Shown piece by piece: positions 11,434-24,135 of a DNA stretch of 64,000 nucleotides. Numbering within the stretch: position 1 is the stretch's first letter; every line of letters starts with the position of its first letter. The notes under the pieces were generated by a model that had not been told where the DNA came from, made no database searches, and saw only the letters and a list, made by a program, of their open reading frames with translations. The DNA comes from Selaginella moellendorffii (Eukaryota > Plantae > Lycopodiophyta). The stretch is taken from contig NW_003314282.1 in assembly GCF_000143415.4 (NCBI RefSeq), positions 593,700 to 657,699 on the forward strand. Direction: 5' to 3'. Position numbers and translations under genes: made by a program.

Positions 11434-14400
11434 TGTAGCGCACGTGGTTTTGACCCTTTATCCTATGGTGATTTACCATAGGATAACACTACGAAGCGGA
11501 ACCTAAACCCTCTTTGTGCCACGTGACAGATGCCACGTGTCCATGCCACGTGTCTATAGGAACCCGAGGTTCAGGGCCTTGGGCCACTGAACGAAGGAAC
11601 GGTGCCAAACTCCCAAGCACGAAGCCAAGGAGTGACGGAACCGAACCACGGAGCAACTCCCAAGCGTAAAGCCCAAGGAGCGAAGGAACAGGGGCCCGGA
11701 GCGACTTGGAACAGTCCTAGAGTAACCAGCATCCCAATGCCAGGACCAGCACGCAAAACAGAGCCAAACGGAGTCTGGCGCTATTTCGGCATACCGGTGG
11801 CCTAACGCGAGGACATGGGTACTCCACCAACTAGCATGGAATGGAACTTGGGCTTAGACCCAAGCCGGACGCAGAACAAGGACAGGCACGCAAGCGGGAG
11901 CTAGACTATGCCTCAGGTTGGTCGGCCATGCCCGACCTACCCACTATCCCTACTATACATTTGGAACCCCCCACAGCCCCCCCCCCCTTGAGGAACACAC
12001 GCTTTGGGCTTTCACCCCAAGCCTCCCTTAGTATCAGGAGTTAGTCTCTGGGACAAGCTCGAAACTTACTAAATATGGAATGTCCCTAGATTGCGAATTT
12101 GGACACGGGACAAACACCATTGTGTTCAGGACGATCTCTACATTCCGTAGATATGCCAAATGAGCAAATCTGGACACTTTCCATAAATAGCATTTAGGAC
12201 CGAAATGAGACTAACACAAAGGGCATGATAGCGAGGGTGTTTGGCAGACACGGTAAGCTATCATCTAGCGATATTGAGGGACCAATCTCAATATTGCGGG
12301 GGTTCCCAACACTAGCAAGTGCAAGTCAACGAATGAGTTTCTCTAACCAGGTCAAGTATGCTTGACAAATAGCACGTAGGAATTCCGTCCTTATGCCCAT
12401 CTGGTCAAGTGCACACGCGAAGACCAGTTTCTCAACTAGCTTAGGCGGAGACTGATAACGGGCCCAGCAATACCGACCTCCTGCCATCGTGGCAGTAAGG
12501 TAAGAGTGTCCGTAAGGACTAGCCGACAGGTAACTTTCGATACCTGAAGTCACATTCGCGACACTCTCCCCCCCTAGGGAAGATCGACATCCTCGTCGAT
12601 GCATACTCGAGTCTAGAATACCGCCAAGGAAACAACTCCAGAAAAAGTTCACGGTACTCACACTATGTGAGAAATGCACCAACTTAAATGAGTTAGGGGG
12701 CAACCTCTTTGTCTAACGCGGATGCGCTACCAGCTCAGACACCTTCCGGCCGTCGCCGACAAGGAAATGACCAACGGAGTCAGCCACCCTTGCTGCTCTG
12801 GGAGTCACCCAGCTTACAAAAGTGTGATATGCCCCTGCCCGCAGGAACATAGAGAGAGAAGCCAGAGGCCCCAACCCTCCTAAGCAAAGAAACCAAACCC
12901 GTCGGTAAGGTTTAGATAGACTACTGTAAACAGGCAGTTAGAGTTGTTTACATGGTCACGCCCTTTTAACAGAATAAGGAACATCGACAAAGAGGCGGGT
13001 TATGTGACCAGTCGACAGTAGCTACCCCATGACTAGAGATTTCAATATGCACACGAAGTGCCGAAGCCAGTCTGCCTATACTGGCCCAAACTCAAAGATC
13101 AATAGATGGACAATATCAAAGTCATAAACAATGATATCTTAGAGACTTAATTATCAGTGAATAGATCTTAGATTAAAACACAAAAGTATTCCAAGAAAGT
13201 TATCATCCGATAAACTAGTAGTATAGTACAGGAACTACCAAGATCATCAAAATTGGTAAACATAGGATTCACCATTGAACGAAATTCAATAGCAAGTATA
13301 TCATCAAGTAAACTCAATGATGAAACTTAACTACCAAAGATAGCAGACAGTAAACCAACAACTTACTAGAAATAACTTAAAGAACACAAAATATTATTGA
13401 CTGACAAGCACAATGCTCGCGAATGTATCACCCGAAGGAAATAACATCCCAATCTATCAGAACTAACTCGAGCAATAATCAACAAAACAAAATGAATGCG
13501 GTAAGACCAACAAACCCTCGTTTATGCCAACTATCACGCGAGCTAATCCAAATAGATCCCAGGCAACAACACCAAGGAACTGAAGTTGCCTAAGTAAGTG
13601 TCAGCAACATCCTATCGATGTCTCAAACCCAAGAGACCAATCCAGAGCAAACCACAATGAACATGTGGTATTGCGAAAAGCCAAAAGCTATCAAAGAGAA
13701 CAACTAACCATCATGAAAAATCATCAATCATCCTATCAATAAAGAAATGCATAATCATCATTGAAGAAAGAATCTACCATCCCGAAGAATAGCAAATCAT
13801 TCTATACCAACAATAATCAAGCAAAACCCTTGACAAGGATAATCAACTATCTTAGATGATAGTCAATCATCACCAATGATTGCTAGATGCAAATACTAAC
13901 GTTAACATCGAAGCTAATGAGCCAAAATGCCTTCCCCCAACAACTCCTAACAAATGGAACAATGAGCATGAAAACTCAAAGAACCAAAAGCTCGAAGAAG
14001 TCTATAGCTAAGTTTTTGCTTAACAATGATCACGAGTCTCGCATGAACTAACTTCAATGCTAAAGAAGAAATCATGGTATAATCCATAATATCCTCATCA
14101 ACACATCCATAAACTAAACTTCATAATGCCAAGCTAATGAAGAGCATGTCTGCATCAATCCAAAAGCTAAGCATAACGAAGCTATGCTGGACAAGTGATC
14201 ACCAAACGATCCTCCATGAATCCATCCATAGCAAGACGTAACTCACTTCATAACAAGCACAAAAAGAATCATCAATGATTGATATATCCCAATGAAAACC
14301 CAACAAGGGACCAACATCTTCAATATCAATCACTAACTCTTCATCTTGTAAAGCTAGCATAGTCCATGACTGAATCACTTTTCAAGGAAAAGCCGAAGCT

Positions 14401-17400
14401 CAACCCTCTACTAAATAATCTCGTCTAGAACACAACTAACTCAAACTTGCCACTCAGTTCATTTGAACGTCAACACAGTTGCTAACTAGCAAATGCACGA
14501 ATGCTAATAACACAAAGCTATAGCCAAATCATCAACACCATCTTTATCGAGAGCAATGAAACTCAATATCAATCCTAAGGATAGATATATCATCTCACTT
14601 GAATCTCAATATCAATAATATCAATGACAAGGCATCACCTCAATGCCATCAACATCAGACCAAAGCTAAAAGAAAGCAAGAGTGATTCACCACTCAAAAC
14701 TCTCTTGCAACCAAGCTAACCAAAGTCGAAGATACTTTAGTCAGTATCCGAGACCAATCTCTCAACAATACTCAGTCACAGATAACACTTCCTCAAGGAG
14801 TGAATCACCACGTCCAAGACTCAATGAAATCCAACACTATGAACTAAACGCAACCAAATGATATTAACAGAGGTAGAGTCGACATGCCAACATGGAAAAC
14901 CTATGTAAGTCTAATGACACGATCCTCCACAACACCATCTGGTAAACCAAGCCCATCACTGCTAAATCATCATCGAGTGAAGCAAGTATCAGAGGTCCTC
15001 GACGAAGTCTTCACAAGACCCAAACACTAACTTTTGTCATCAAGTCATATACTTGTTCGACATGAACATAATACCCCAGGTATGAGATAAAGGTTCATGG
15101 ACAAGCATAAACTAAATGACTACTCGAATCCAACTCAACCGCGATAAGCTCACAAACATATCTAGTCAATAGCTCTGAGCATGCCTTGAAGAGGCTAGCT
15201 ATGCATGATCAACACTCAGCCGAAACTAAAGTGAAGACCATGAGATGGATCTATATCGGTACATAAACTCCTTATAGACAAAGCTATAGTACGGGTACCA
15301 ACATCTCAAACTCAAACAACTAAGTTGAACATCACCATCCTCAGCCAAGGCGCAAGGCCACCAAGACCAAGTCAAGATCAGTGAGAGCTCACTACTCTCA
15401 TAGAGTCTAACGAAATGCAAAGTGCAACTTGCCACTAAGCATAACGCTATAAAAGAAAGGCACAAGGGTCACCTTTCTAGAAAAGTGCAACGGCCACTTT
15501 TCTACACCAACTCTAGACTCTATCCAACTCAATTGCCTTAGCCCCAAAAGTCAGCATCCCTTTCGGGTCGCATCATACAAACTACCTACTAAGATCTAAG
15601 CTAACCGAAGTCAACTCCAACCCCTTCACTAGTTTGTACTGGCTTATGAAAACGGAATGGTTTTCGAGCAAAGTGATAACAGATCAGCCATTGGAAAAGT
15701 CTAAGAAAATTTGTGGAAAATTTTCCATCCTAGAGAAAGAATGACTCTCAATCTAGGAATACAAACTTTCAAGACTCAACCAACTTCCTCCTACTAACAA
15801 CTTCACATAGGTTCACCTCAACACCAATTCTCAAGACCCAATAGCATGCTTAAGCATCGAACATCTTTTTGCCCATACTTTCGACATCCAACACTGATAT
15901 CCGTAAAATGCAAATGGAACATCCAAGGTTTGATCACGAAGACCACATCTTCGGATATCCATATTGCACTAACACTCTTCTTCAACCATTTTCAAGATCC
16001 AATGTGAAGCTAAAACACTAACAAGAAAAATGACATGGAAAATCAAGCTCTAAGGAAAATTCCTTATCACTCGAAGTAACAATGCCACTTCCACCAACAC
16101 AAGTGCTAGTAATGTCAATGCTTCAACCTCACACCTTCTCTATCCAACAATCTACTCCAAGTGTTAACGGATCAACTAATGAGCTATAGCAAATGCTACA
16201 ACTCTTTTCCAACACCTTATAGGCCAACTTCAAAGAAACAAGGTACCAACTTAAGCTTAACATAATGGACCACTATCGAGAATCTAGTCAAAGCTACTAC
16301 AATGCTACTTCGTGCAAGTAGACTAGCTTCACCATCAACCACTTTGGGGTTGATCATTGTTTGACCAAGCAACTTTGTAAACACATTGCTCACTATCACA
16401 TGGATATGATATAGAAATTACAATGATTTGATCATCAGTTGAGCAACACCACGAGCAATGCCAATGTTATTACTTCGAAGGTTTATGTGACTATCAAGTG
16501 CCAACTCGATTCGACAAAATGCAACATAAATGCCACACTCCACCGATAGAGACTTACAACACTGAACACCACCAACTTTTGTTCACAACACAGACAAGCT
16601 CATGCCACTCACTTTCCGACCAAACTCAAAACTTAACCCAACACCAAGCTACTCAAGGAGCAATAGCAAGGTTCCCCGGAAAAGAATTGAGCATTGCAAC
16701 CCAAGTCTTCCAATAGCAAATCTAGACAAAATAGTTTAGCGCTTCACCGCTATCCATCCCATAACTCACCATTGTAAGACCACCATCTCCAAGACGCATC
16801 AAGGTAGGGAATCTTGATTGCATAATATGAACATGAGCAATGAGTCAACACCTCGTTGCAAATCATCTCTCTAAGAAGAGAAAATGATTTACATATTTGA
16901 TCCTTCGTCCCCGATGACTCTCTTTTCGGTCTTATCTTTAACTAAACCTCAAGCTTGCGTTCGCACTGCCTTCAGTCCAATCCAAGAAAAGTTTATGAGA
17001 GAGCACGGCAATGACTACTTGAACCAATAGACTAATCCCTATAGTCTTGATTGATCCATTTGTAATCATGCCTAGGAAGGATCCACTAGTGCCGTGCTAA
17101 ACAGCTACGGACCAGCCTATTTACCACTCATAGCAAACTCAGGGAGGGTTTGCTTTTACCCACGGTACATGGAACAACTCATGGAACCACCGATAGGCTA
17201 ACATTAATCCTGCCAACTCAAAGTGTAACCTTGAGTTGCTAATGTGCCTCACTCACGAGCCCAAGCGTAAACTCGTGCAACTGGAACAACTCAATCCCTC
17301 TTGTGAGCCCAAGCTCAAGCTCACATCATAAGGTACAACAAGTTAACAATATCCATACCCAAGGAACGTTTGCGAAGTCTTTGCACCCAAACGTGTACCC

Positions 17401-18627
17401 ACTCGGATCATCGTTTTCATCTCTGCGTATGCAACGAGACTAGTTGCCCAATCTCATTGGATAGTACTCGCCGAGACTCATTCTCTGATACCAAATGTAG
17501 CGCACGTGGTTTTGACCCTTTATCCTATGGTGATTTACCATAGGATAACACCACGAAGCGGAACCTAAACCCTCTTTGTGCCACGTGACAGATGCCACGT
17601 GTCCATGCCACGTGTCTATAGGAACCCGAGGTTCAGGGCCTTGGGCCACTGAACGAAGGAACGGTGCCAAACTCCCAAGCACGAAGCCAAGGAGTGACGG
17701 AACCGAACCACGGAGCAACTCCCAAGCGTAAAGCCCAAGGAGCGAAGGAACAGGGGCCCGGAGCGACTTGGAACAGTCCTAGAGTAACCAGCATCCCAAT
17801 GCCAGGACCAGCACGCAAAACAGAGCCAAACGGAGTCTGGCGCTATTTCGGCATACCGGTGGCCTAACGCGAGGACATGGGTACTCCACCAACTAGCATG
17901 GAATGGAACTTGGGCTTAGACCCAAGCCGGACGCAGAACAAGGACAGGCACGCAAGCGGGAGCTAGACTATGCCTCAGGTTGGTCGGCCATGCCCGACCT
18001 ACCCACTATCCCTACTATACATTTGGAACCCCCCACAGCCCCCCCCCCCCCTTGAGGAACACACGCTTTGGGCTTTCACCCCAAGCCTCCCTTAGTATCA
18101 GGAGTTAGTCTCTGGGACAAGCTCGAAACTTACTAAATATGGAATGTCCCTAGATTGCGAATTTGGACACGGGACAAACACCATTGTGTTCAGGACGATC
18201 TCTACATTCCGTAGATATGCCAAATGAGCAAATCTGGACATTTTCCATAAATAGCATTTAGGACCGAAATGAGACTAACACAAAGGGCATGATAGCGAGG
18301 GTGTTTGGCAGACACAGTAAGCTATCATCTAGCGATATTGAGGGACCAATCTCAATATTGCGGGGGTTCCCAACACTAGCAAGTGCAAGTCAACGAATGA
18401 GTTTCTCTAACCAGGTCAAGTATGCTTGACAAATAGCACGTAGGAATTCCGTCCTTATGCCCATCTGATCAAGTGCACACGCGAAGACCAGTTTCTCAAC
18501 TAGCTTAGGCGGAGACTGATAACGGGCCCAGCAATACCGACCTCCTGCCATCATGGCAGTAAGGTAAGAGTGTCCGTAAGGACTAGCCGACAGGTAACTT
18601 TCGATACCTGAAGTCACATTCGCGATA
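11434..18627 (-). mobile_element. Young intact non-autonomous LTR retrotransposon (LARD-like, probably Gypsy-derived), 7.2 kb
   Basis: Near-identical LTRs at 11434-12563 and 17496-18627. iMet PBS TGGTATCAGAG at 17483-17493 and PPT AGGGGGGGAGAG beside 12564 (both minus). TSD GTGGC; empty site at 25515-25519. The 4.9-kb internal domain has no ORF over 80 aa wholly inside it. Confidence 0.92.
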
Positions 18628-20698
18628 GTGGCAAAGGTGATTGGGCATGGCCTTAGCGTAACAGGCTGCCATGTCGGTGGTACTTTTGAGTGTTGGTCAT
18701 GGGATTGGACACGTGGGGCACTTGGACTAAGTGCAAATGTTGAGTGGCATGGATGCCATTCTCGGGGCTAACAAGTCCCAAGTCCTGAAATGGACTTATG
18801 GAGGTTGTGATTGAAACTCCTCCAAGTGGTCGGAGGTGTGGTTAAGTGACTAAAGTAGAATGGAAAATTTAATCGCTTACACTTATGTGAAATTGTTAGT
18901 AAGAGGAAGTTGGTTGAGTCTTGAAAGTTTGTATTCTTAGATTGAGAGTCATTCTTTCTCTAGGATGGAAAAAAAAATTTTGTCCACAAATTTTCTTAGA
19001 TTTATTTAATGGCTGATCTATTGATCATTTTGTTCGAAAATCATTCCGTTTTCGTAAGCCAGTACAAACTAGTGAAGGGGTTGGAGTTAACTTCAGTTAG
19101 CTTAGACCTTAGTAGATAGTTTGTATGATGTGGCCCGAAAAAGATGCTAACTTTTGGGGCTAAGGTAATTGAGTTGGATAGAATCTAGAATTGGTGTAGA
19201 AAAGTGGCCATTGTGCTTTTCTAAAAAGGGTGACCCTTGTGCTTTTTTTCTGTAGCATTGTGCTTGGTAGCAAGTTACACCTTGCATTTCCTTAAGACTC
19301 TATGAGAATAATGAGCTCTCATTGATCTTGACTTGGTTTTGGTGGCCCTGCACTTTGGCTAAAAATAGTGATGTCCAACTTAGTTGTTTGAAGTTGAGAT
19401 GTTGGTACTTGTATTATAGCTTTGTCTATAAAAAGGTTGTGTACCGATATGAGTTCATCTCATGGTCTTCACTTTAGTTTTGATTGAGTGTTAGTCATGC
19501 ATAGCAAGCCTCTTCAAGGCATACTCAAAGTTGTTGGAAAAATGCATTGGTGAGCATATTACGGTTGAGTTGGATTTGAATGGTTATTTAGTTTATGCAC
19601 CTTTATCTCGTACTTGGGGTATTATGTTCATGTTGAACAAGTATATAACTCGATAGCGTGATTTTAGTGTTTGGGTCTTGTGAAGGCAAATTGAAGAGTG
19701 ATTATTAGTTGCTTTGTAACTAGTGATTACTTGTAGACTTCGTCAAGGACTATTGACACTTGTTTCACTCGATGATGATTTAGCAGTGATGGATTTACTT
19801 TACCGGATGGTGTTGCAGAGGATCATATTGTTAAACTTACATAGGTTTTCCATATTGGTATGTTGACTCTACCTCTGTCGATATCATTTGATTGCATTTA
19901 GTTCATAATGTTGGATTTTATTGAGTCTTGGATGTGGTGATTCACTCCTTAAGGAAGTGTTATTTGTAACTAAATTTTGCTGAAGGGTTGGTCTTGGATA
20001 TTATATATAGTATCTTCAACTTTGGTTAGCTTTGTTGTAAGAGAGTTTTGATTGGTGATTCACTTTCACTTTCTTTTAGTTTTATTTTAGTGTTAATGGC
20101 ATTGAAGTGATGCTTTGTTGTTGAAATTATTGATATTGAGATTCAAGTGAAATGAATTGTCTTTTTTTAGGATTAATATTGAGTTTCATTAATCTCGATG
20201 AAGATAGTGTTGATGATTTGGCTATGACTTTGTGTTATTGGCATTCGTGCATTTGCTAGTTAGCAATTATGTCAGCATTCAAACAAGGTGAGTGGCAAGT
20301 TTGAGTTAGTTATATTTTAGACGAGATTGTTTAGTAAGAGTTGAGCTTTGAGCTTTATCTTGAAAAGTGATTTAATTATGGACTATGCTAACTTTACGAG
20401 AAGAGGAATTAGTGATTGATATTGGAACATTTGAATCTTTATTAGATTTGAGTTGGAATATATTGATCCTTGATGATTCTTCTTGTGCTTGTTATGAAGT
20501 GAGTTACATCTTGCTATAGATGGATTCATATAGGATTGGTTTAGTGGTCACTTGTTGAGCATAACTTCATTATGCTTAGCTTTTGGATTGATGCAAACAT
20601 GCTTTTTATTAACTTTGCATTATGAAGTTTAGCTTAAGAGGATATTGTGGGTTATACTATAATTTCTTCTTTCGCATTGAAGTTGGTTCATGCAAAAC

Positions 20699-20983
20699 TG
20701 CAAGTGACTAAATGGAAAATTTAGTCACTTATAAGTACCTAAACATCCAAGTGTAAATGGTTTATAAAGCGCATGAAATCAGAGTGGCACAGCGGAAAAA
20801 AATAACTTTGACATAAAGTTGTGCATGGACTCTATAATGCAGTGCTAATGGATAATTGGCATAAGAGTGCACCCCCTTTTCCAATCGGTTAAGGGTCTTG
20901 GGATATTTGGGGTTAAGCATTCTTGGGTTTGAATAGTACTGGGCTGGATGACTTCCCGGGAAGTCCAAACTCAAGAGCTTACA
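20699..20983 (+). mobile_element. Solo LTR (285 bp) with 5S-derived 3' module and a different 5' half
   Basis: TG...CTTACA termini and TSD AAAAC. Empty site near 14036-14040 (minus). The last ~125 bp match the 194-bp LTR; the 5S-like block is at 20911-20966. Confidence 0.8.
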
Positions 20984-22059
20984 AAAACTTATAATCATTA
21001 TTACGCAAGACTTGGCTATAAACTTTTTCAAACTTTTGGTTCTTTGAGTTTTATATTCATTGTTCCATTAGTTAAAAGTTGTTGGGGAAAGCATTTTTGG
21101 CTCATTAGCTTTGATATTGAAATTGGCATTTGCATCTAGCAATCATTGGTGATGATTGACTATCATTTAGGATAGTTGATTATCCTTGTCAAGAGATTTT
21201 ACTCAATTATTGTTGGTGTTGAATGATTTACTGTTCTTTAGGATGGTGAATTCTTTCTTCAACAATAATTATGCATATCTTTATTGATGGGATGATTGAT
21301 GATCATTTATAATAGTTAGTTGTTCTCTTTGATAGCTTTTGGCTTTTTTGCAATACCATATGTTATTTATGGTTTACTTTGGATTGGTCTTTTGGTTTTG
21401 AGACATCAGTAGAATATTGCTGATACTTACTTGAGCAACTTTAGTTCCTTGGTATTATTGATTGGGATATATTCAAATTGGCTAGTGCGATAGTTGGCAT
21501 GAATGAGTGTTTGTTGGTCTTACCTCATTTATTTTGTTTTGTCGATTGTTGCTCGAGTTAGTTTTAATAGATTTGGATGTTATTTCCTTCGGGTGATACA
21601 TTCGCGAGCATTGTGCTTATAAATCAATAATACTTTGTGTTCCTTGAGTTACCTTTAGTAAGTTGTTTGGCATACTATCTACAATCTTTAGTACTTAAGT
21701 TTTATCATTGGGTTTTATTAATGATACACTTGTTATTGAATTTTGTTGGATAGTAAATTCTATGTTTCCGATTATAATGATCTTGGTGGTTCCTATACTA
21801 AAATATTAGTTTATTAGATAATAACTTACTTGGAATACTTTTGTGTTCTAATCTAAGATTTATTCACTAATAATTAAGTCTCTAAGATATCATTGTCTAT
21901 AACTTTGATATTGTCCATCTATTAATTTTTTAGTTTGGGCCAGTATAGGCAGACTGGCTTCAGCACTTCGTGTGCATAGTGAAATCTTTAGTCATGGGGT
22001 AACTACTATCAATTGGTCATATAATCCACCTCTTTGTCAATGTTCCTTATTCCATTAAA

Positions 22060-23723
22060 TGTCAAGAATCCCTTAATTCTTGCCATATTCTTGACTCTCG
22101 CTAGATTCCTAACCCGTAGACCACATTCCTGACTCTCGAGACACTTCCCTATTCCTGACTCTCTGATTTCCCGTACGATTCCTAAGTCTTAAACCACATT
22201 CCTAATGATGACATGGCACCTCCTCGACCTTAGCTATATTTAGGCCATCCTCGATCCAAGAGTGGTGGAGCTTCATCAACCTATAGTATATATAGATTAA
22301 CCTTATTCCATTTCTCCACAATCTGAATTAACGCCAGTTTAAGGCTTCTTCCTCGTTTCCACTAGCTTCTCTCTTTGTCTTTTGCATTTTTCAGTCTTGA
22401 TTTTGTTGAGGGTCTTGACAGTTTGATTCAAATTGTGTTTTTTGCTTTTGCTTTAGCTCATTTTGATTGTTTGACTGCTTTTACCTTTTTTCCCCTTTTT
22501 CTTTCTTCTTTGCTGATGGAATCTCTAAGCCATCCTGATTTCTTTGCCGAAGTCCTTGCAAAAATCTAGTCTGAGAATACTGAGCTGAAGGTGACCCTTC
22601 TTCACATGCAACAGGAGCTTGCTTCACTTTCGGCTCAAGGATCAAGCAGAGTTCCTGAATTGAAGGTGAGTTTCCCGGTGAAGTTTTTAGGCAAGCGTTT
22701 GGAGCTTCGCGGATTCCTGAACCAGATGGAGCTGATCTTCGCACTTCAACATCGGGGGTACCCCACTCTCAAGTCTCAAATCGGCACGAACGGGACGTTG
22801 CTCGAAGGTGTAGCTTTGTCATGGTTTTCTCCTTTCCTGGAGAAGAGCATGAAAGGGGTCATGGTTTCGGAACTGATGGATCTTCAGTTGTTCAAAGAGA
22901 AACTTGAAGCATGTTTTGGCGAGACAGATCGGGTTTGGGCTGCCACCACAAAGATGAGACGTCTCTCTTAGGGGTCTCATCCTGCCTTGATCTATGCTAC
23001 GGAGTTCCAACTCTTTACCTTGGACACTCAGTGGGATGAGTGGGCCCTGATTGATCAATTTCGTTTTGGCCTCAACAACGGTGTCAAGGATTTGTTGTTC
23101 ACCATAGAGGATCCCACGGACCTATCAAATGCCATCAACAAAGCTATTTGATGCGACAATCGTCTCTTTGAATGTTGTCAGGAAAGTCACCGCACCGCCG
23201 TTTTCCCGTCCCAGACTCAGGAATCCCAGCTTGAGTCTTCAGGGCATACTCCTGAACCTACTGCTCCAGTCTCAATAGATATTTCTGGTACTCCCCGACT
23301 CATCAGAGGGAAGTTGAGTCTTGCTGAGAAGCAATATCGAATATCTCATAATCTTTATCTCTATTGTGCTGATCCTAATCACAAAGCAGCTGTGTGTCCC
23401 AAGAAGCCTCCCCGACTACTTGAGTTCACTCTACCTCAAGGTCCACCTCTGTTGCAGTCGGGAAATGACCTTGTCCAAACAGAGTAGGAGCTATCTATTT
23501 GGACTCCCTAAATAAAAATCACTTTTCTTCTTTATCATGCTCCTCACCACCTTTCATCAAAGCTACCACCAATTCCTGCAACTTCCGCATCCCATGTCTC
23601 CTTTCTTTCACCGGACAATCAAGACTTAAGGCTCTAGCATTACTGGACTTGGGTGCTACTGGACTCGGGTGCAACTTCCTGCTTTATGGACACGAACTTT
23701 GCTGCTCGACATCATGTTCCTCT
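22060..23723 (+). mobile_element. Truncated Ty3/Gypsy chromovirus of Tcn1/Tf1-sushi type (5' LTR, gag, start of protease)
   Basis: LTR 22060-22420 with TGTCAAGA...TCTTGACA termini. PEG10/Tcn1-like gag (FPVKFLGKRLELRGFLNQ...GTLLEGVALSWF), degenerate Zn knuckle (YLYCADPNHKAAVC) and protease motif LDSGATSCFMD. Confidence 0.85.
22516..23487 (+). pseudogene. Retrotransposon gag pseudogene
   Basis: 324-codon frame from ATG 22516 with in-frame stops (e.g. 22567, 22969, ~23149). Capsid-like and CCHC-like motifs are recognisable. Confidence 0.8.
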
Positions 23724-24135
23724 TTCTTTATTGCCACGACGACAGGAGGTTGGTATTGTTAGACCCTTTATCAATCCCTCTTGTGCTAATGGAGTTAACT
23801 AGGCATTTCCAATGTACTTAGACTAGACGAGCATAAGGACGAAATTCCTACGTGCTATTAACTAAGCATATTTAGCTCGGTAAAGAGTTCTTGTCTCATT
23901 GTGTTTTGCACTGGCTAATGACAAGAGCCTTCACATATTGAGACTAGTCCCTCAATAATGTTGGATGATAGCTTATTGTGTCTGTCAGAATGTAAAGATT
24001 GTCCTGAACATAATAGTGTTCGTCTGTGTCCAAATTCACAATCTAGAGACATTCCATATATAGTAAGTTTCAAGCTTATCCTAGAGACTAACTCTTGGTA
24101 TTAAGGGTGGCTAAAGGTGAAAGCCCAAAGTGTGT

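Larger units (their letters stand above)
10048..18881. mobile_element. Solo LTR (~1.55 kb; pieces 10048-11433 and 18633-18881) split by the young LARD
   Basis: TGTGAGAC...CTTACA termini and TSD CTTAT. Empty site near 15807-15811 (minus). An uninterrupted sister copy lies at 24136-25768. Confidence 0.85.
4326..22059 (+). mobile_element. Old non-coding LTR retroelement (LARD-like), host of multiple nested insertions, 3' end lost
   Basis: 5' LTR starts TGTTGTGAATGTGAC at 4326, homologous to the reverse complement of the 11434-18627 LTR. The internal domain from 6377 is colinear with the reverse complement of about 12975-17480 once insertions are removed. Homology stops at 22059 where another LTR begins. 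Confidence 0.8.

Noticed and set aside
11434-12563. Hammerhead ribozyme (retrozyme) in the LTRs
   Set aside because: I looked for CTGATGA...GAAA cores with flanking stems and found none by eye. An Infernal scan would be needed to exclude it fully.
16966-16982. miR319-like word TTGGACTGAAGG in the LARD internal domain (also ~27049)
   Set aside because: Only a 12-nt match, the rest diverges, and no precursor hairpin was seen.
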